Below, one piece after another: positions 49,409 through 59,148 of a stretch of DNA of 64,000 nt; the stretch's first letter is position 1; each line of letters opens with the position of its first letter. The position numbers and the translations under genes are program-made. Location: assembly GCA_963719495.1 (NCBI GenBank), contig CAVRCI010000012.1:32001-96000 (forward strand), written 5' to 3'. This DNA is from an uncultured Verrucomicrobiae bacterium (GTDB lineage: Bacteria > Verrucomicrobiota > Verrucomicrobiia > Chthoniobacterales > JAATET01). The notes under the pieces are model-generated. The model did no database searches. It had not been told where the DNA came from and saw nothing but the letters and a program-made list of their open reading frames with translations.

Positions 49409-49776
49409 AGACCAAGGTCGCGCTCGAAGCGCTCCTCGACGAATACGTCGCTCTCTGGTGCGGCCCGGTCAAACTGGAGGTTCTCGGCGGAGCCCGCCCG
49501 GAGGAGCGGCGCAAACTCTCGTTCTTCTTCCAGACCATCCCCTACCGCGAGACCACCGACCGCCATTGGCATCTCGCGATTCAATCCGCCTGGCGGCTCC
49601 GCGACCAGGGCATCACCGCCCCGTGGAGCGACGTCCTCATTGCCACCCTCGCCGTTGATTGGCAGGTCCGCGTCTTCGCCCGCGATCAGCACTTCGAAGC
49701 CATGGCCCCGATCCTCGGCTTCACCCTCTACGCCCCCGGCTACGGCGGCACCTACACGCCCGACAACGCGGCCTGA
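49351..49776 (+). CDS. VapC-like PIN domain toxin
   Basis: VLMDSSGWIE, VKLEVL, DVLIA and RDQHF acidic PIN motifs. Confidence 0.9.
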   Translation: MVLMDSSGWIEASRRRGDLKTKVALEALLDEYVALWCGPVKLEVLGGARPEERRKLSFFFQTIPYRETTDRHWHLAIQSAWRLRDQGITAPWSDVLIATLAVDWQVRVFARDQHFEAMAPILGFTLYAPGYGGTYTPDNAA

Positions 49777-50771
49777 CCGAATCCGCGAAAGGTCGGCACG
49801 ACATCGACATCCAAAGCGTCGCCGTCCGGATTCGCCGAAAATTGGTGCGACGCCACGAACGCAATCATCGCCGCGTTATCCGTCCGCAACGCCGGCTCCG
49901 CGACCCGCAGTTCGACCCCGAGCCGCTCCGCCATCCCGCCCGCCCGCTCGCGCAATCGCCGGTTCGAACTCACCCCACCACTCAGCGCCAGGCAGCGCCG
50001 ATCCGTTCCCGCCAGCGCCCGCTCGGCCTTTCCAACCAGCACCTCGACAACGGCCTCCTGAAACGACGCGCACGCGTCGGCCAGCCGCGGCTTTTCCTTC
50101 TCGAAGCAATACCGCACCGCCGTCTTCAGTCCGCTGAAACTGAACTGGTAATCCCCCGAATGCAGCATGCTTCGCGGAAACGCGTAGGCCGCCGCGTCCC
50201 CCTCCGCCGCCAGCCGGTCGATCTCGATTCCGCCCGGATAACCCAGCCCGAGCAGCTTCGCGACTTTGTCGAATGCCTCGCCCGCCGCGTCGTCGACCGT
50301 CGCTCCCAGCACCTCGTAAGCCCCGTAACCCGCCACGTCGACAAGCATCGTGTGGCCACCGCTCACCACCAATCCCACGTGCGGCGCAATCTCCGGTTCG
50401 CCAAAAAACGGCGACAACAAATGCCCCTCCATGTGATTCACCGCGACAAAGGGCCGACCCGCCCCGATCGCCAGCGCCTTCCCCATCGCCACGCCCACCA
50501 CCAGAGCCGCCGGCAATCCCGGACCCGTCGTCGCCGAGAAATAATCCACCGCCGCGAGCTCGATCCCAGCCGACACCAGCGCCCGCTCCACCAGTCCCGG
50601 CAGAATCTCCGAATGACTCCGCGACGCCACTTCGGGCACGACCCCGCCGTAGGCGGAATGAATCTCCGCCTGCGACCAGACCTCGCTCGCCAGCAACTCA
50701 CCGTGCCCGCGCAACACGGCCACCGCCGTCTCGTCGCACGACGTCTCGATCGCCAATCCAACCATCGTCAC
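49752..50771 (-). CDS. tsaD: tRNA threonylcarbamoyladenosine biosynthesis protein TsaD
   Basis: IETSCDET, HMEGH, SGGHT, DDAAGEAFDK, FSFSGLKT and DNAAMIA motifs. Confidence 0.96.
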   Translation of the reverse strand: MTMVGLAIETSCDETAVAVLRGHGELLASEVWSQAEIHSAYGGVVPEVASRSHSEILPGLVERALVSAGIELAAVDYFSATTGPGLPAALVVGVAMGKALAIGAGRPFVAVNHMEGHLLSPFFGEPEIAPHVGLVVSGGHTMLVDVAGYGAYEVLGATVDDAAGEAFDKVAKLLGLGYPGGIEIDRLAAEGDAAAYAFPRSMLHSGDYQFSFSGLKTAVRYCFEKEKPRLADACASFQEAVVEVLVGKAERALAGTDRRCLALSGGVSSNRRLRERAGGMAERLGVELRVAEPALRTDNAAMIAFVASHQFSANPDGDALDVDVVPTFRGFGQAALSGV

Positions 50772-50799
50772 CCGCCCCGACCGAACGCCTCAGCCGCCG

Positions 50800-52077
50800 C
50801 TATCCGCGGCTCGGCTTCCCCGATTTCTCCTTGTCCGAATACAGCAGCACACCTGTGATCGCGTCCACGGCACGATCGAGCTGCGGATCGGTCACGCTGG
50901 ATTCCATCGTCGCATCCGCCAGCCCGGGGACGGACCGCCGCCGCCGCTCGCGGTAAAGCTCCGCCTCCTCGGCCAGCGTCATCGTGCAGCGAATGTCGGG
51001 ATCGACGCCGTGCTCGTGGATCGGGCGGCGACTCGGCGTGTAGTATTTCTGCGTCGTGAACCGCATCGCCGATCCGTCCGGCAGCGATACGACACTTTGA
51101 ACCGATCCTTTCCCGAACGTTGTTTCGCCCACGAGAATCGCTCGATTCAGGTCCTTGAGCGCACCGGCCACAATCTCCGAGCCGCTCGCGCTGGAATTAT
51201 TGATCAGGATCGCCACGGGATAAGTGCGGGTCCCGCCGGGCATCCGCCGCGTCGTGTATTCCCGCGACGGCGACCGGCCTTCCGTCGAGACGACCCGCGT
51301 ATTCGGCGGGAGAAATTGCGCGCAAACGTCGACCGCGCTCCCGAGCAAACCACCCGGATTGAAACGCAGATCCAACACCAACGCTTCCATTCCCTCCTCC
51401 TCCAGCCCGTCGAGTGCCTGGCCCAGCTCGGCCGCGGTGGGCTCGTTGAATTGCTCGACCCGCACGTAGCCCACCTTGTGCCCCGCCGTCCGGCCTTCCG
51501 GTATGATCTGAGCATCGACCACACTCGGGACCTTGATCACCGCACGCGCGAGCGTCACGTCCTTGAGCGTCCGGGTCGCTGGTTGCCCGATGGTGAGAGT
51601 CACCTTCTCGCCGGCTTCCCCGCGCAGCATTTCGACCGCGTCGCCCATCGTGAGCCGGTCCGTCGAGATGTTGTTGATCTTGCGAATCTGATCCCCCGGC
51701 AGCAGCCCCGCGTTGAAGCCCGGCGTCCCGTCGGCGACGCCGATGATCGTGAGCAGACCACCCTTCGTCGTGACCGTCACGCCGAGTCCGCCGAATTCAC
51801 TCTTCGTATCCTCCTGCATCCCCTTGAAGTCCCGCGGATCCATGAACGAACTGTGCGGATCGAGTTCCGAAAGCATTCCCCGCATCGCGCTGTAAGTCAG
51901 GTCCTTGAACGACGTTTTCTCTCCGTCGACGTAATCCTGCCGGATCAACTGCATGGCTCGCGCCAGCACCTGCATGCTCTCGTAGGGCGAATCATCCTCC
52001 GCCTTCTCGTCCGCGCCCCGGGCCAGGCCCAAACCCACCACCAAAACGACTCCGCAGCCCGCCAGCCAATTTTTCAT
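50800..52077 (-). CDS. ctpA: Carboxyl-terminal processing protease (S41)
   Basis: LDPHS, PDZ domain, DLRFNPGG, SASGSEIV and GKGSVQ motifs. Confidence 0.92.
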   Translation of the reverse strand: MKNWLAGCGVVLVVGLGLARGADEKAEDDSPYESMQVLARAMQLIRQDYVDGEKTSFKDLTYSAMRGMLSELDPHSSFMDPRDFKGMQEDTKSEFGGLGVTVTTKGGLLTIIGVADGTPGFNAGLLPGDQIRKINNISTDRLTMGDAVEMLRGEAGEKVTLTIGQPATRTLKDVTLARAVIKVPSVVDAQIIPEGRTAGHKVGYVRVEQFNEPTAAELGQALDGLEEEGMEALVLDLRFNPGGLLGSAVDVCAQFLPPNTRVVSTEGRSPSREYTTRRMPGGTRTYPVAILINNSSASGSEIVAGALKDLNRAILVGETTFGKGSVQSVVSLPDGSAMRFTTQKYYTPSRRPIHEHGVDPDIRCTMTLAEEAELYRERRRRSVPGLADATMESSVTDPQLDRAVDAITGVLLYSDKEKSGKPSRG

Positions 52078-52766
52078 GCCGAAAAACTACCACAATCCGG
52101 CCGCCGCGAAAGGGCCGCGTAGGCCTCGGCGAGTTCCTCCCCCGGCACCACCACCGAATCATACCACCGGTTCAGATGCCGCAGGATCGCGACGAGCACC
52201 GCCTCCCGCTCCACCACCCGGCCCGCCGCCAGCGCCAGCGAAGTCGCCGAAGCCCGCAGCTCGATCGGAAAATCCGCCACCGCGTGCCCCACGTTCACCC
52301 CGATCCCCAGCACCGCGAAGGATTCCCGCCCCGTGCGCGCCTCGGTCAGAATCCCCGCCACCTTCCGCCCACTGAGAAACACGTCGTTCGGCGGCTTGAT
52401 CCGCGGCGTCAGCCCCGTCGCCTCCGCGACCCCACCCGCCACCGCCACCGCCGCCAGGGGCGTCACCCGTTCCAAAAACTCCGCGCCCCACGCCGGCCGC
52501 AGCAGCACCGAAAACCAAAGCCCCACCCCACCCAACGAATCCCACCGCCGGCCATACTGACCCCGCCCCCGCGTCTGCCGATCCGCGACCACCACCGCCC
52601 CCTCGACCGCACCCCCGATCGCCATCTCCCGCACCAAATCATTCGTCGAAGCCGTTTCCCGAAAAACCAAAACCCGTCGCCCGATGGCGCCGACACCCAG
52701 CGCCTCCCGCACCCGATCCGGATCCAGATCCACCGCCGAGAACGCACTTTTGACCGCAGACATCAC
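52074..52766 (-). CDS. birA: Biotin--[acetyl-CoA carboxylase] ligase
   Basis: STND, QTRGRGQYGRRW, KPPND, KVAGIL and GIGVNV motifs; no HTH; start uncertain. Confidence 0.9.
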   Translation of the reverse strand: MMSAVKSAFSAVDLDPDRVREALGVGAIGRRVLVFRETASTNDLVREMAIGGAVEGAVVVADRQTRGRGQYGRRWDSLGGVGLWFSVLLRPAWGAEFLERVTPLAAVAVAGGVAEATGLTPRIKPPNDVFLSGRKVAGILTEARTGRESFAVLGIGVNVGHAVADFPIELRASATSLALAAGRVVEREAVLVAILRHLNRWYDSVVVPGEELAEAYAALSRRPDCGSFSA

Positions 52767-52846
52767 AGATTTCGCGGATAATTACCCAACGAGCCAGTCA
52801 CCTCATTCATCCCCTCACCATCCGCGTAATCCGCGTAATCTGCGGT
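52753..52846. repeat. Inverted pair of a 9-nt-periodic repeat
   Basis: ACCGCAGACATCACAGATTTCGCGGAT ... ATCCGCGTAATCCGCGTAATCTGCGGT. Confidence 0.65.
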
Positions 52847-52860
52847 TGAAATTCTCACCC

Positions 52861-53706
52861 TCACAGATCTCGGATCAACTCCAGCGACAAGTCCACCGCC
52901 ACGGCCGAATGCGTCAGCGCCCCGATCGAAACGAAGTCCACCCCGGTCTTCGCCACGCTCCGCACCGTCCGCAGGTCGATCCCCCCACTCGCCTCCAACT
53001 CGATCCCCGCCGGGCGTCGGGCCACCGCCTCGCGCATCACGTCCAACGGCATGTTGTCCAGCAGCACGATGTCGACCCCCGGAATCTCGAAGAACGCCAA
53101 CGCCTGCTCCAGCGTGTCCGCCTCCACCTCCACCCGCACCTCCGGCCGCTCCCCCTTCACCCGGGCGATCCGGTCCGCCAAAGTCGCAACCTCGATCCCG
53201 CCGACCAAGTGATTGTCCTTCACCATCACCCGGTCGTAGAGCCCCATTCGGTGGTTCGTCCCGCCGCCCGCCAAGACCGCCGCTTTCTCCAGCGCCCGCC
53301 AACCAGGCGTCGTCTTCCGAGTATCCAGCACCCGGCACCCCGTCCCCGCCAACGCGTCGACGAACCGCCGAGTCAAAGTCGCCACCCCGCTCAGTCGCTG
53401 TAAAAAATTCAGAGCCACCCGCTCGCCCGTCAGCATTCCCCGGGTCGACCCGGAAATCTCCAGCACCGTATCCCCCGCCACCAGAGCCTCCCCATCCTCC
53501 ACCACCGCCCTCACAACCAACTCCGCATTCACCCGCCGAAAGACCTCCACCGCCAAATCGACCCCCGCCACCACGCAATCCCCCTTGGAAAAAATCCGCC
53601 CCGCACTCCGCCGCCCCGCATCGGTAAAAAACAGCGAAGTGACGTCCCCCGACCCAACATCCTCCGCCAGAGCCAACCCAATCAAATCATCCCCGTATTC
53701 TTTCAC
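52861..53706 (-). CDS. nadC: Nicotinate-nucleotide diphosphorylase (quinolinate phosphoribosyltransferase)
   Basis: EDVGSGDVT, DTRKTTPG, HRMGL, KDNH, LLDNM and EASGG motifs. Confidence 0.96.
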   Translation of the reverse strand: MKEYGDDLIGLALAEDVGSGDVTSLFFTDAGRRSAGRIFSKGDCVVAGVDLAVEVFRRVNAELVVRAVVEDGEALVAGDTVLEISGSTRGMLTGERVALNFLQRLSGVATLTRRFVDALAGTGCRVLDTRKTTPGWRALEKAAVLAGGGTNHRMGLYDRVMVKDNHLVGGIEVATLADRIARVKGERPEVRVEVEADTLEQALAFFEIPGVDIVLLDNMPLDVMREAVARRPAGIELEASGGIDLRTVRSVAKTGVDFVSIGALTHSAVAVDLSLELIRDL

Positions 53707-53770
53707 CCCTTTGCGTCCTTCGCGTTCTTCTGTTAAAAAAACCCCGGCAACCCGCGCCAGCGGGAGCCGC

Positions 53771-54820
53771 TCACACCGGCAACCCGATCAACTCCCGCTG
53801 CCACCGCATGAGACTATCCGCGGTCTCGTCGTTCGCCACCGCCTCCAATGCCCCGCGCGAAGCCACGATCGAAGGATCCAACCCCAACTCACTCGCCGCC
53901 CGATCCCGCACGACCTTCAGTTCGTCAAACCGATCCACCTGCGCCTGCGTCCGCCGCAATCCCCGTTTCCGGATCGGCTGAGGCCACTCGGCCTCCGGCA
54001 CCTGAAGTGCCAGCGCCAACGCCACGTCAAAACTCCGCCGACGCCGATTCGTCAGCCGAGGCGTCGAAAACGCCTGACCCCGACTCGCCCGCTCCGACAG
54101 CTCCAGCAAATCCCGGTTCCCCATCACGTGAAACGGCGGCCGATCCCAGTCCCGCGACTCCGTATCGCGCCAGTGCCACAGCACCCGGAGCACCGACTGC
54201 GCCCGCGTCGACAACTTCGCCGAACCCGAGATCCGCCACACCGTCTCCTCGTCCCGCTCCCGCGTCTCCCGCGACGCCGCGATGATCCGCACGATGGATT
54301 CCTGAAACCAATCCCAACGCCCCAGCCGCCGCAGCTCGGCCTCGATTTCCTCGCAAATCTTCAGCAGATACCGCGTGTCGTTCACCGCGTATTCCAGCAT
54401 CTGCTCCGGCAGCGGCCGCAGCGCCCAGTTCGCCTTCTGCGACGACTTCGAGAGCGTCACGCCAAAGTATTTCTCCACTAAAGCCGAGTAACCCAGCGCA
54501 TCGAACCCACACAGCCGCGCCCCGATCATCGTGTCGAAAATCTCGCCCGGCTCGAACGTCCCCGACTTCCGCAGCATCCGCAGATCGTAGTCCGCCCCGT
54601 GAAAAATCACCCGCCGCCCCGCGAACACGTCGAGAAAAGGTTGCAGCGGCATGTCCGCCAGCGGGTCCACCAGATCGTCGCCATCCGGCGTCGACACCTG
54701 AATCAAACAAAGCTTTTCGAAGTAGCAATGCAGACTGTCCGCCTCGGTATCGAGCGCGATGGTCGAGTGACCCTCCAGCCGCCCGATGAACTGCTCGAGC
54801 GCTTCCGACGTCGAAATCAA
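53771..54820 (-). CDS. rnd: Ribonuclease D (DEDDy exonuclease plus HRDC)
   Basis: ALDTEADS, HGADYD, FDTM, W..RPL and YAVNDT motifs. Confidence 0.9.
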   Translation of the reverse strand: MISTSEALEQFIGRLEGHSTIALDTEADSLHCYFEKLCLIQVSTPDGDDLVDPLADMPLQPFLDVFAGRRVIFHGADYDLRMLRKSGTFEPGEIFDTMIGARLCGFDALGYSALVEKYFGVTLSKSSQKANWALRPLPEQMLEYAVNDTRYLLKICEEIEAELRRLGRWDWFQESIVRIIAASRETRERDEETVWRISGSAKLSTRAQSVLRVLWHWRDTESRDWDRPPFHVMGNRDLLELSERASRGQAFSTPRLTNRRRRSFDVALALALQVPEAEWPQPIRKRGLRRTQAQVDRFDELKVVRDRAASELGLDPSIVASRGALEAVANDETADSLMRWQRELIGLPV

Positions 54821-55416
54821 GACAGTCGTGAGTTGTCCTCGTCCGGCACGAGTTCACCCGGACGACGCGCCCGCGGCTCGCGAGCCTGCGTATTCCCCTC
54901 GACCGGCACCGTCACGAACGGACCACCAGCCAGCGGCGCCACCTCCGTAAACGCCACGTCCGGCACGTCGCTCGGCTTCCCCTCGAGCGGGAAATCCTTG
55001 CGCAGCGGGTAATACGGATAGCCGTCCCACATCAGGATGCGGCGCAGATCGGGATGATTCGCGAATCGGATCCCCATCATGTCGAAGATCTCGCGCTCGT
55101 GCCAATCCGCCGTCGGCCACAGATCCGACACCGTCGGCGCCTCCGCCTCGTCCTCCGGCAGCTGAATCTTCACGCGCAAGTGCCCGTGAGTCGCCATCGA
55201 GTAAAGTTCGTAGACGATCTCCCACCGCGGCTCGGTCTCGAAATGATCCACGCTCGTGATGTCGATCAGGTAGTCGTAACCCAGCTCCGATTTGCAAAAA
55301 CCCAGCACGTCCCGCAACGCCGTCGGCAGAATCGAAACCGACGTCTCGCCCCGGAATTCCTTCGTCTCCAGCACCGCGTCCGGGAATTTTTCCTTAATTT
55401 TGTCCGCCTTCTCCAT
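54817..55416 (-). CDS. nuoC: NADH-quinone oxidoreductase subunit C
   Basis: WHEREIFDMMGI, HPDLRRIL and PLRKDFPL motifs. Confidence 0.95.
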   Translation of the reverse strand: MEKADKIKEKFPDAVLETKEFRGETSVSILPTALRDVLGFCKSELGYDYLIDITSVDHFETEPRWEIVYELYSMATHGHLRVKIQLPEDEAEAPTVSDLWPTADWHEREIFDMMGIRFANHPDLRRILMWDGYPYYPLRKDFPLEGKPSDVPDVAFTEVAPLAGGPFVTVPVEGNTQAREPRARRPGELVPDEDNSRLS

Positions 55417-55428
55417 CTGAAAAATCGA

Positions 55429-55950
55429 TCAAGCCGGTTCGAGCATCGCCCGCTTCTGGTCCTCGACCGCGTGCTCGCCCATGATCTTGTGCTGCAGCTT
55501 CATCAGCCCATCGAGCAACGCCTCCGGCCGCGGCGGGCAACCCGAGATGTAAACGTCCACCGGTAGCAAGTGATCGATCCCCTGCAGCACCGCGTAGCTG
55601 CGATACATCCCGCCGCTCGAGGCGCACGCGCCCATCGCGATCACCCACTTCGGCTCCGGCATCTGATCGTAGATCCGTTTGACCGCCAACGCCATTTTGT
55701 AGGTCACCGTCCCGGCCACGATCATCACGTCGGACTGACGCGGCGAAAACCGCATCACCTCCGCGCCAAATCGCGAAATATCGAACCTCGAAGACGAGGC
55801 CGCCATCAGCTCGATCGCGCAACAGGCCAGCCCCATCGGCATCGGCCAAAGGGAATTCGACCGCATCCAATTGATTGCGGCATCCACGCGGGTAAAAATT
55901 ACATTCCCCTCCACCTTCGAATCATACGCCACCGGGCTCTCCACACTCAT
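55429..55950 (-). CDS. nuoB: NADH-quinone oxidoreductase subunit B
   Basis: [23 protein letters not shown] and GCPPRPE motifs. Confidence 0.96.
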   Translation of the reverse strand: MSVESPVAYDSKVEGNVIFTRVDAAINWMRSNSLWPMPMGLACCAIELMAASSSRFDISRFGAEVMRFSPRQSDVMIVAGTVTYKMALAVKRIYDQMPEPKWVIAMGACASSGGMYRSYAVLQGIDHLLPVDVYISGCPPRPEALLDGLMKLQHKIMGEHAVEDQKRAMLEPA

Positions 55951-56012
55951 GCCCCGGACACTATTGAGGGACCGGAACGAATCAAGGCGGAATGTCGCCA
56001 CGCCGCCACGCC

Positions 56013-56593
56013 GGGTGTGATTGAAAGTGCGTCCGAGGCAAAGCCCAAAGGTGCGAGTGAGATTGGGATCAACGAGCCAGCCCGCGTCGAGCCGCGGGTA
56101 AAGCCACCCTCGAGTGGCCATGATACCACCCGCGCGGAAAAGCAAATCTCCGGGCACCCTCGGAGTCGGCGGCAGAGCGCCCCAACCAATCCATTACCTG
56201 TAAAATCTGACGGCCGTCACCTTTTACAGGTAATGGATTGGTGGCGAGGTCCTCGGAAGAGCCCGGGCCTTACTGCTGGCGGGCCGGAGCTTGCCCGTCG
56301 GAAGGCCGCGGATCCGGGGGTCCCCGGACGGGGAGTGGCGAGCGAACGAATAAACGAACGAACGAACGAATGAATCCGCTCCCGATAAAACGTAACGGCC
56401 GTTACGTTTTATCGGTCGACTCCGTGGGAATTGGGGGGGCGTCTGGATGAGGCTGGAGACCCGATGCTGCGAGGCCTTGGACCGTGGCGATCTCCCACGG
56501 ACTCGTCGCCAGCCTCCTGGCGTCCCCTCGGTTAGACGTTGTTGGCGTTCACGAGATTCTTCTTCTGATCAGGACGCGCTTTCGATCACACCC
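56013..56593. mobile_element. ~580-bp MITE-like element, copy 2
   Basis: TIRs GGGTGTGATTGAAAGTGCGTCC / GGACGCGCTTTCGATCACACCC (20/22); palindromes at 56185-56242 and 56382-56415. Confidence 0.88.
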
Positions 56594-56736
56594 CTCCGCG
56601 CCAGCGGCCTATTCCCCAGGCCCTGTCATGCTGAGCAAAGCGAAGCATCTCTGGCTGACACTGCATTCGCCCCCACGCTCAGGCTGAACGAGCCAAAGAC
56701 CCTCCACCAGTCACCAGTCACCAATCAAGCCACCCA

Positions 56737-57627
56737 TCACGCCCGCGGATGAAACTGCTTGTGCACCGCCTTCAGCCGCTTCCCATCGACGTGGGTATAA
56801 ATCTGCGTCGTCGCGATGTCCGCGTGCCCCAGCAGTTCCTGAATGATCCGCAGATCCGCCCCGTTGCTCAGCAAATGTGTCGCGAAACTGTGCCGCAACA
56901 AGTGCGGATACACGTTCGCCTCCAGCCCCGCGAGCGCCGCGTATTGCTTCACCAATTGCCACACGCGCTGGGGCGTCAGCCGCTTCCCGCGCACCGACAG
57001 AAAAATTTCCGCCCCCGTCTTCGGCGCGACCAGCGTCGGGCGTTCCTTCGTCAGATACCGCCCGATCGCCTCCCGCGCCTGCGACCCCACCGGCACCATC
57101 CGCGTCTTGTTCCCCTTGCCCGTCACCCGGATCCACCCCGCCTCGGCGTCGAAATTCTCCAGCCGCGCGTTGCACAATTCCGAGATCCGCAACCCCGACG
57201 CGTAGAGCAGCTCGATGATCGCCCGATTCCGCAGCCCCAGTGGATCCGTCTCGTCCACCGCCTCGATCAGCCGCTCCACGTCCGGCAGATTCAGCGTGTC
57301 CGGCAGATACCGCTCGATCCGCGGGATCCCGATGAACTCCGCCGGATCAATCCGCAAATGCCCGCGCGTCACCAGAAACCGAAAGAAAATCCGGATCGCC
57401 ACCGCCTCGACCTTGATCGAAGCCGCCGCCAACCCCGCCCGTTTCCGGTGCGCGAGGTAATCGCTGATCTGACCCGCCTCGACCGCCCCCGGCTCGGTCA
57501 CCCGCGCCGTCGACGCCAGCCATTGCGCAAACGTCTCCAGCGACCGCCGGGTGGAAAGTTGGTAATTCGTCGACAACCCGCGTTCGACCGCGAGGAAGAT
57601 GATGAATTCCTCAACGAACGACTCCAT
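56737..57627 (-). CDS. xerD: Tyrosine recombinase XerD (or XerC)
   Basis: LYASGLRISE, GKGNK, HLLRHSFATHLL and LGHADIATTQIYTH motifs. Confidence 0.88.
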   Translation of the reverse strand: MESFVEEFIIFLAVERGLSTNYQLSTRRSLETFAQWLASTARVTEPGAVEAGQISDYLAHRKRAGLAAASIKVEAVAIRIFFRFLVTRGHLRIDPAEFIGIPRIERYLPDTLNLPDVERLIEAVDETDPLGLRNRAIIELLYASGLRISELCNARLENFDAEAGWIRVTGKGNKTRMVPVGSQAREAIGRYLTKERPTLVAPKTGAEIFLSVRGKRLTPQRVWQLVKQYAALAGLEANVYPHLLRHSFATHLLSNGADLRIIQELLGHADIATTQIYTHVDGKRLKAVHKQFHPRA

Positions 57628-58516
57628 GGCCCGCCGGGTCGAATTTCAAGCCCGTCAGCCGCGTGTAAGCCTCGATGTATTTCTCCGACGTCCGCCGCGC
57701 CACATCGGTCGGCAACTCCGGAGCCGGCGGTGCCTTGTCCCAATCCAGCGTCTCCAGGTAATCGCGCACGAACTGCTTGTCGAAGCTCAGCGGACTCGTC
57801 CCGACCACGTATTCGTCCGCCTGCCAGAACCGCGACGAATCCGGCGTCAGGCACTCGTCGATCAGCACCAACTCGCCGCCCACCATCCCGAATTCAAACT
57901 TCGTGTCCGCGATGATGATCCCCCGCTGAGCCGCCACCGCCCGTCCGTGCTCGTAAAGATCGATCGAAAAATCCCGCACCCGAATCGCGATCTCGTCGCC
58001 CAGCAGCCCGCGGCATTTGTTCCAGGAAATGTTCTCGTCGTGCCCCGATGTCGCCTTCGTCGAAGGCGTGAAAATCGGCTCCGGCAGTTTCTCCGCCTGC
58101 CGCAAACCCGCCGGCAGCTTGTGCCCGCAGACCGATCCCGTCCGCCGATAATCCGCCCAACCCGACCCCGCCAGGTAACCCCGCACCACGCACTCCACCG
58201 GCAGCGGCATCGCCTTCTCCACGATCATCGACCGCCCCGCCAGCAGCTCCTCGTGCGGCTTGAGCACCTCCGGCAGCGCCCCCACCGGCAACCCGGCCAG
58301 TTGATTCGGAACAAAATCCAGCCGCTCGAACCAAAACTCCGACAGCTGCGTGAGCAAACTCCCCTTCGAAGGAATCGCCGTCGGCAAAATGCAATCGAAA
58401 GCCGAGATCCGATCCGTAGCCACGATGAGCAACCGATCGCCGAGATCGAACACCTCCCGCACCTTCCCGCTGCGCAATTTCGGAATACCCGGCAGATCAA
58501 CCGTAAGAACGTCCAT
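57611..58516 (-). CDS. purC: SAICAR synthase
   Basis: GKVRE, TDRISAFD, ECVVRGYLAGS, DTKFEFG and TPDSSRFW motifs. Confidence 0.96.
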   Translation of the reverse strand: MDVLTVDLPGIPKLRSGKVREVFDLGDRLLIVATDRISAFDCILPTAIPSKGSLLTQLSEFWFERLDFVPNQLAGLPVGALPEVLKPHEELLAGRSMIVEKAMPLPVECVVRGYLAGSGWADYRRTGSVCGHKLPAGLRQAEKLPEPIFTPSTKATSGHDENISWNKCRGLLGDEIAIRVRDFSIDLYEHGRAVAAQRGIIIADTKFEFGMVGGELVLIDECLTPDSSRFWQADEYVVGTSPLSFDKQFVRDYLETLDWDKAPPAPELPTDVARRTSEKYIEAYTRLTGLKFDPAGHGVVR

Positions 58517-58565
58517 GTCCGCGCGACGATATTTTCACCACCCAAAAACGCAAATTCCGATTTCC

Positions 58566-58676
58566 AACCGCGAATGGACGCCAATGAACGCGAATATTCT
58601 GAAAGGACAGCGCATTCGCCCCGCCCCCCTCCTGTCACCCGCATCCATTCGCATCCATTCGCGTCCATTAGCGGTT
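58566..58676. mobile_element. Empty inverted-repeat unit, putative deletion derivative of the GxxExxY cassette
   Basis: Arms at 58566-58595 and 58647-58676; left arm followed by ATTCTGAAAG, similar to GTCCTGAAAG at the GxxExxY 3' end. Confidence 0.65.
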
Positions 58677-58694
58677 CCCCATGCATTCCTTTAT

Positions 58695-59108
58695 CTAATC
58701 GCCAAAGCACGCCAATGGACGCGAATGTCCTGAAAGCACCAGACGTTCCCACTCCAGTTTTGCACGCCTGAAGTTCAAGATCACACCGACCGAATGCCCA
58801 GTGATTCGGAGGTAATTCAGCATCTGCCCCCGCTCGTGGTCGGTGATTCGATCAATCACCTTGGTGTCCACGACCAAGCATCCAAAGACGATCAAGTCAG
58901 GAACGTATTCCGAGACCTTCACCCGTTTATAAACCACGTCAAAACGCGGCTGTTGTTGGAGAGGGATCTCGAGCAATTCAAACTCCACCACCAAAGCATT
59001 CTCGTAAGGCTTCTCATGAAGCCCCGGACCCACCCCGTTCAGCACCTCCATCGCCGCCCCGACGACCCGAAAAACCTCCTCCTTCAGCAGCAACCCATTA
59101 GCGTTCAT
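58695..59108 (-). CDS. GxxExxY protein (PD-(D/E)XK-like)
   Basis: GPGLHEKPYENAL, PDLIV, VDTK, QMLNYL and LNF motifs. Confidence 0.92.
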   Translation of the reverse strand: MNANGLLLKEEVFRVVGAAMEVLNGVGPGLHEKPYENALVVEFELLEIPLQQQPRFDVVYKRVKVSEYVPDLIVFGCLVVDTKVIDRITDHERGQMLNYLRITGHSVGVILNFRRAKLEWERLVLSGHSRPLACFGD

Positions 59109-59148
59109 TCGCGTCCATTAGCGGTTCAAATCTCACTCACCACAACGA

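Noticed and set aside
54122..54134. CATCACGTGAAAC as a parS site
   Set aside because: Only a partial match to TGTTTCACGTGAAACA, and it lies inside the rnd coding sequence.
54817..55950. nuoBC without nuoA/nuoD as a novel complex
   Set aside because: Both proteins look canonical and split nuo loci are common; the rest is probably elsewhere in the genome.
56737..57627. Tyrosine recombinase as a phage or island integrase
   Set aside because: Size and motifs fit housekeeping XerD/XerC, it overlaps purC, and there are no phage genes or tRNA attachment site nearby.
58566..59126. Periodic repeats as a CRISPR array
   Set aside because: The repeats are inverted arms of tandem 10-mers without unique regular spacers, and no cas genes are present.
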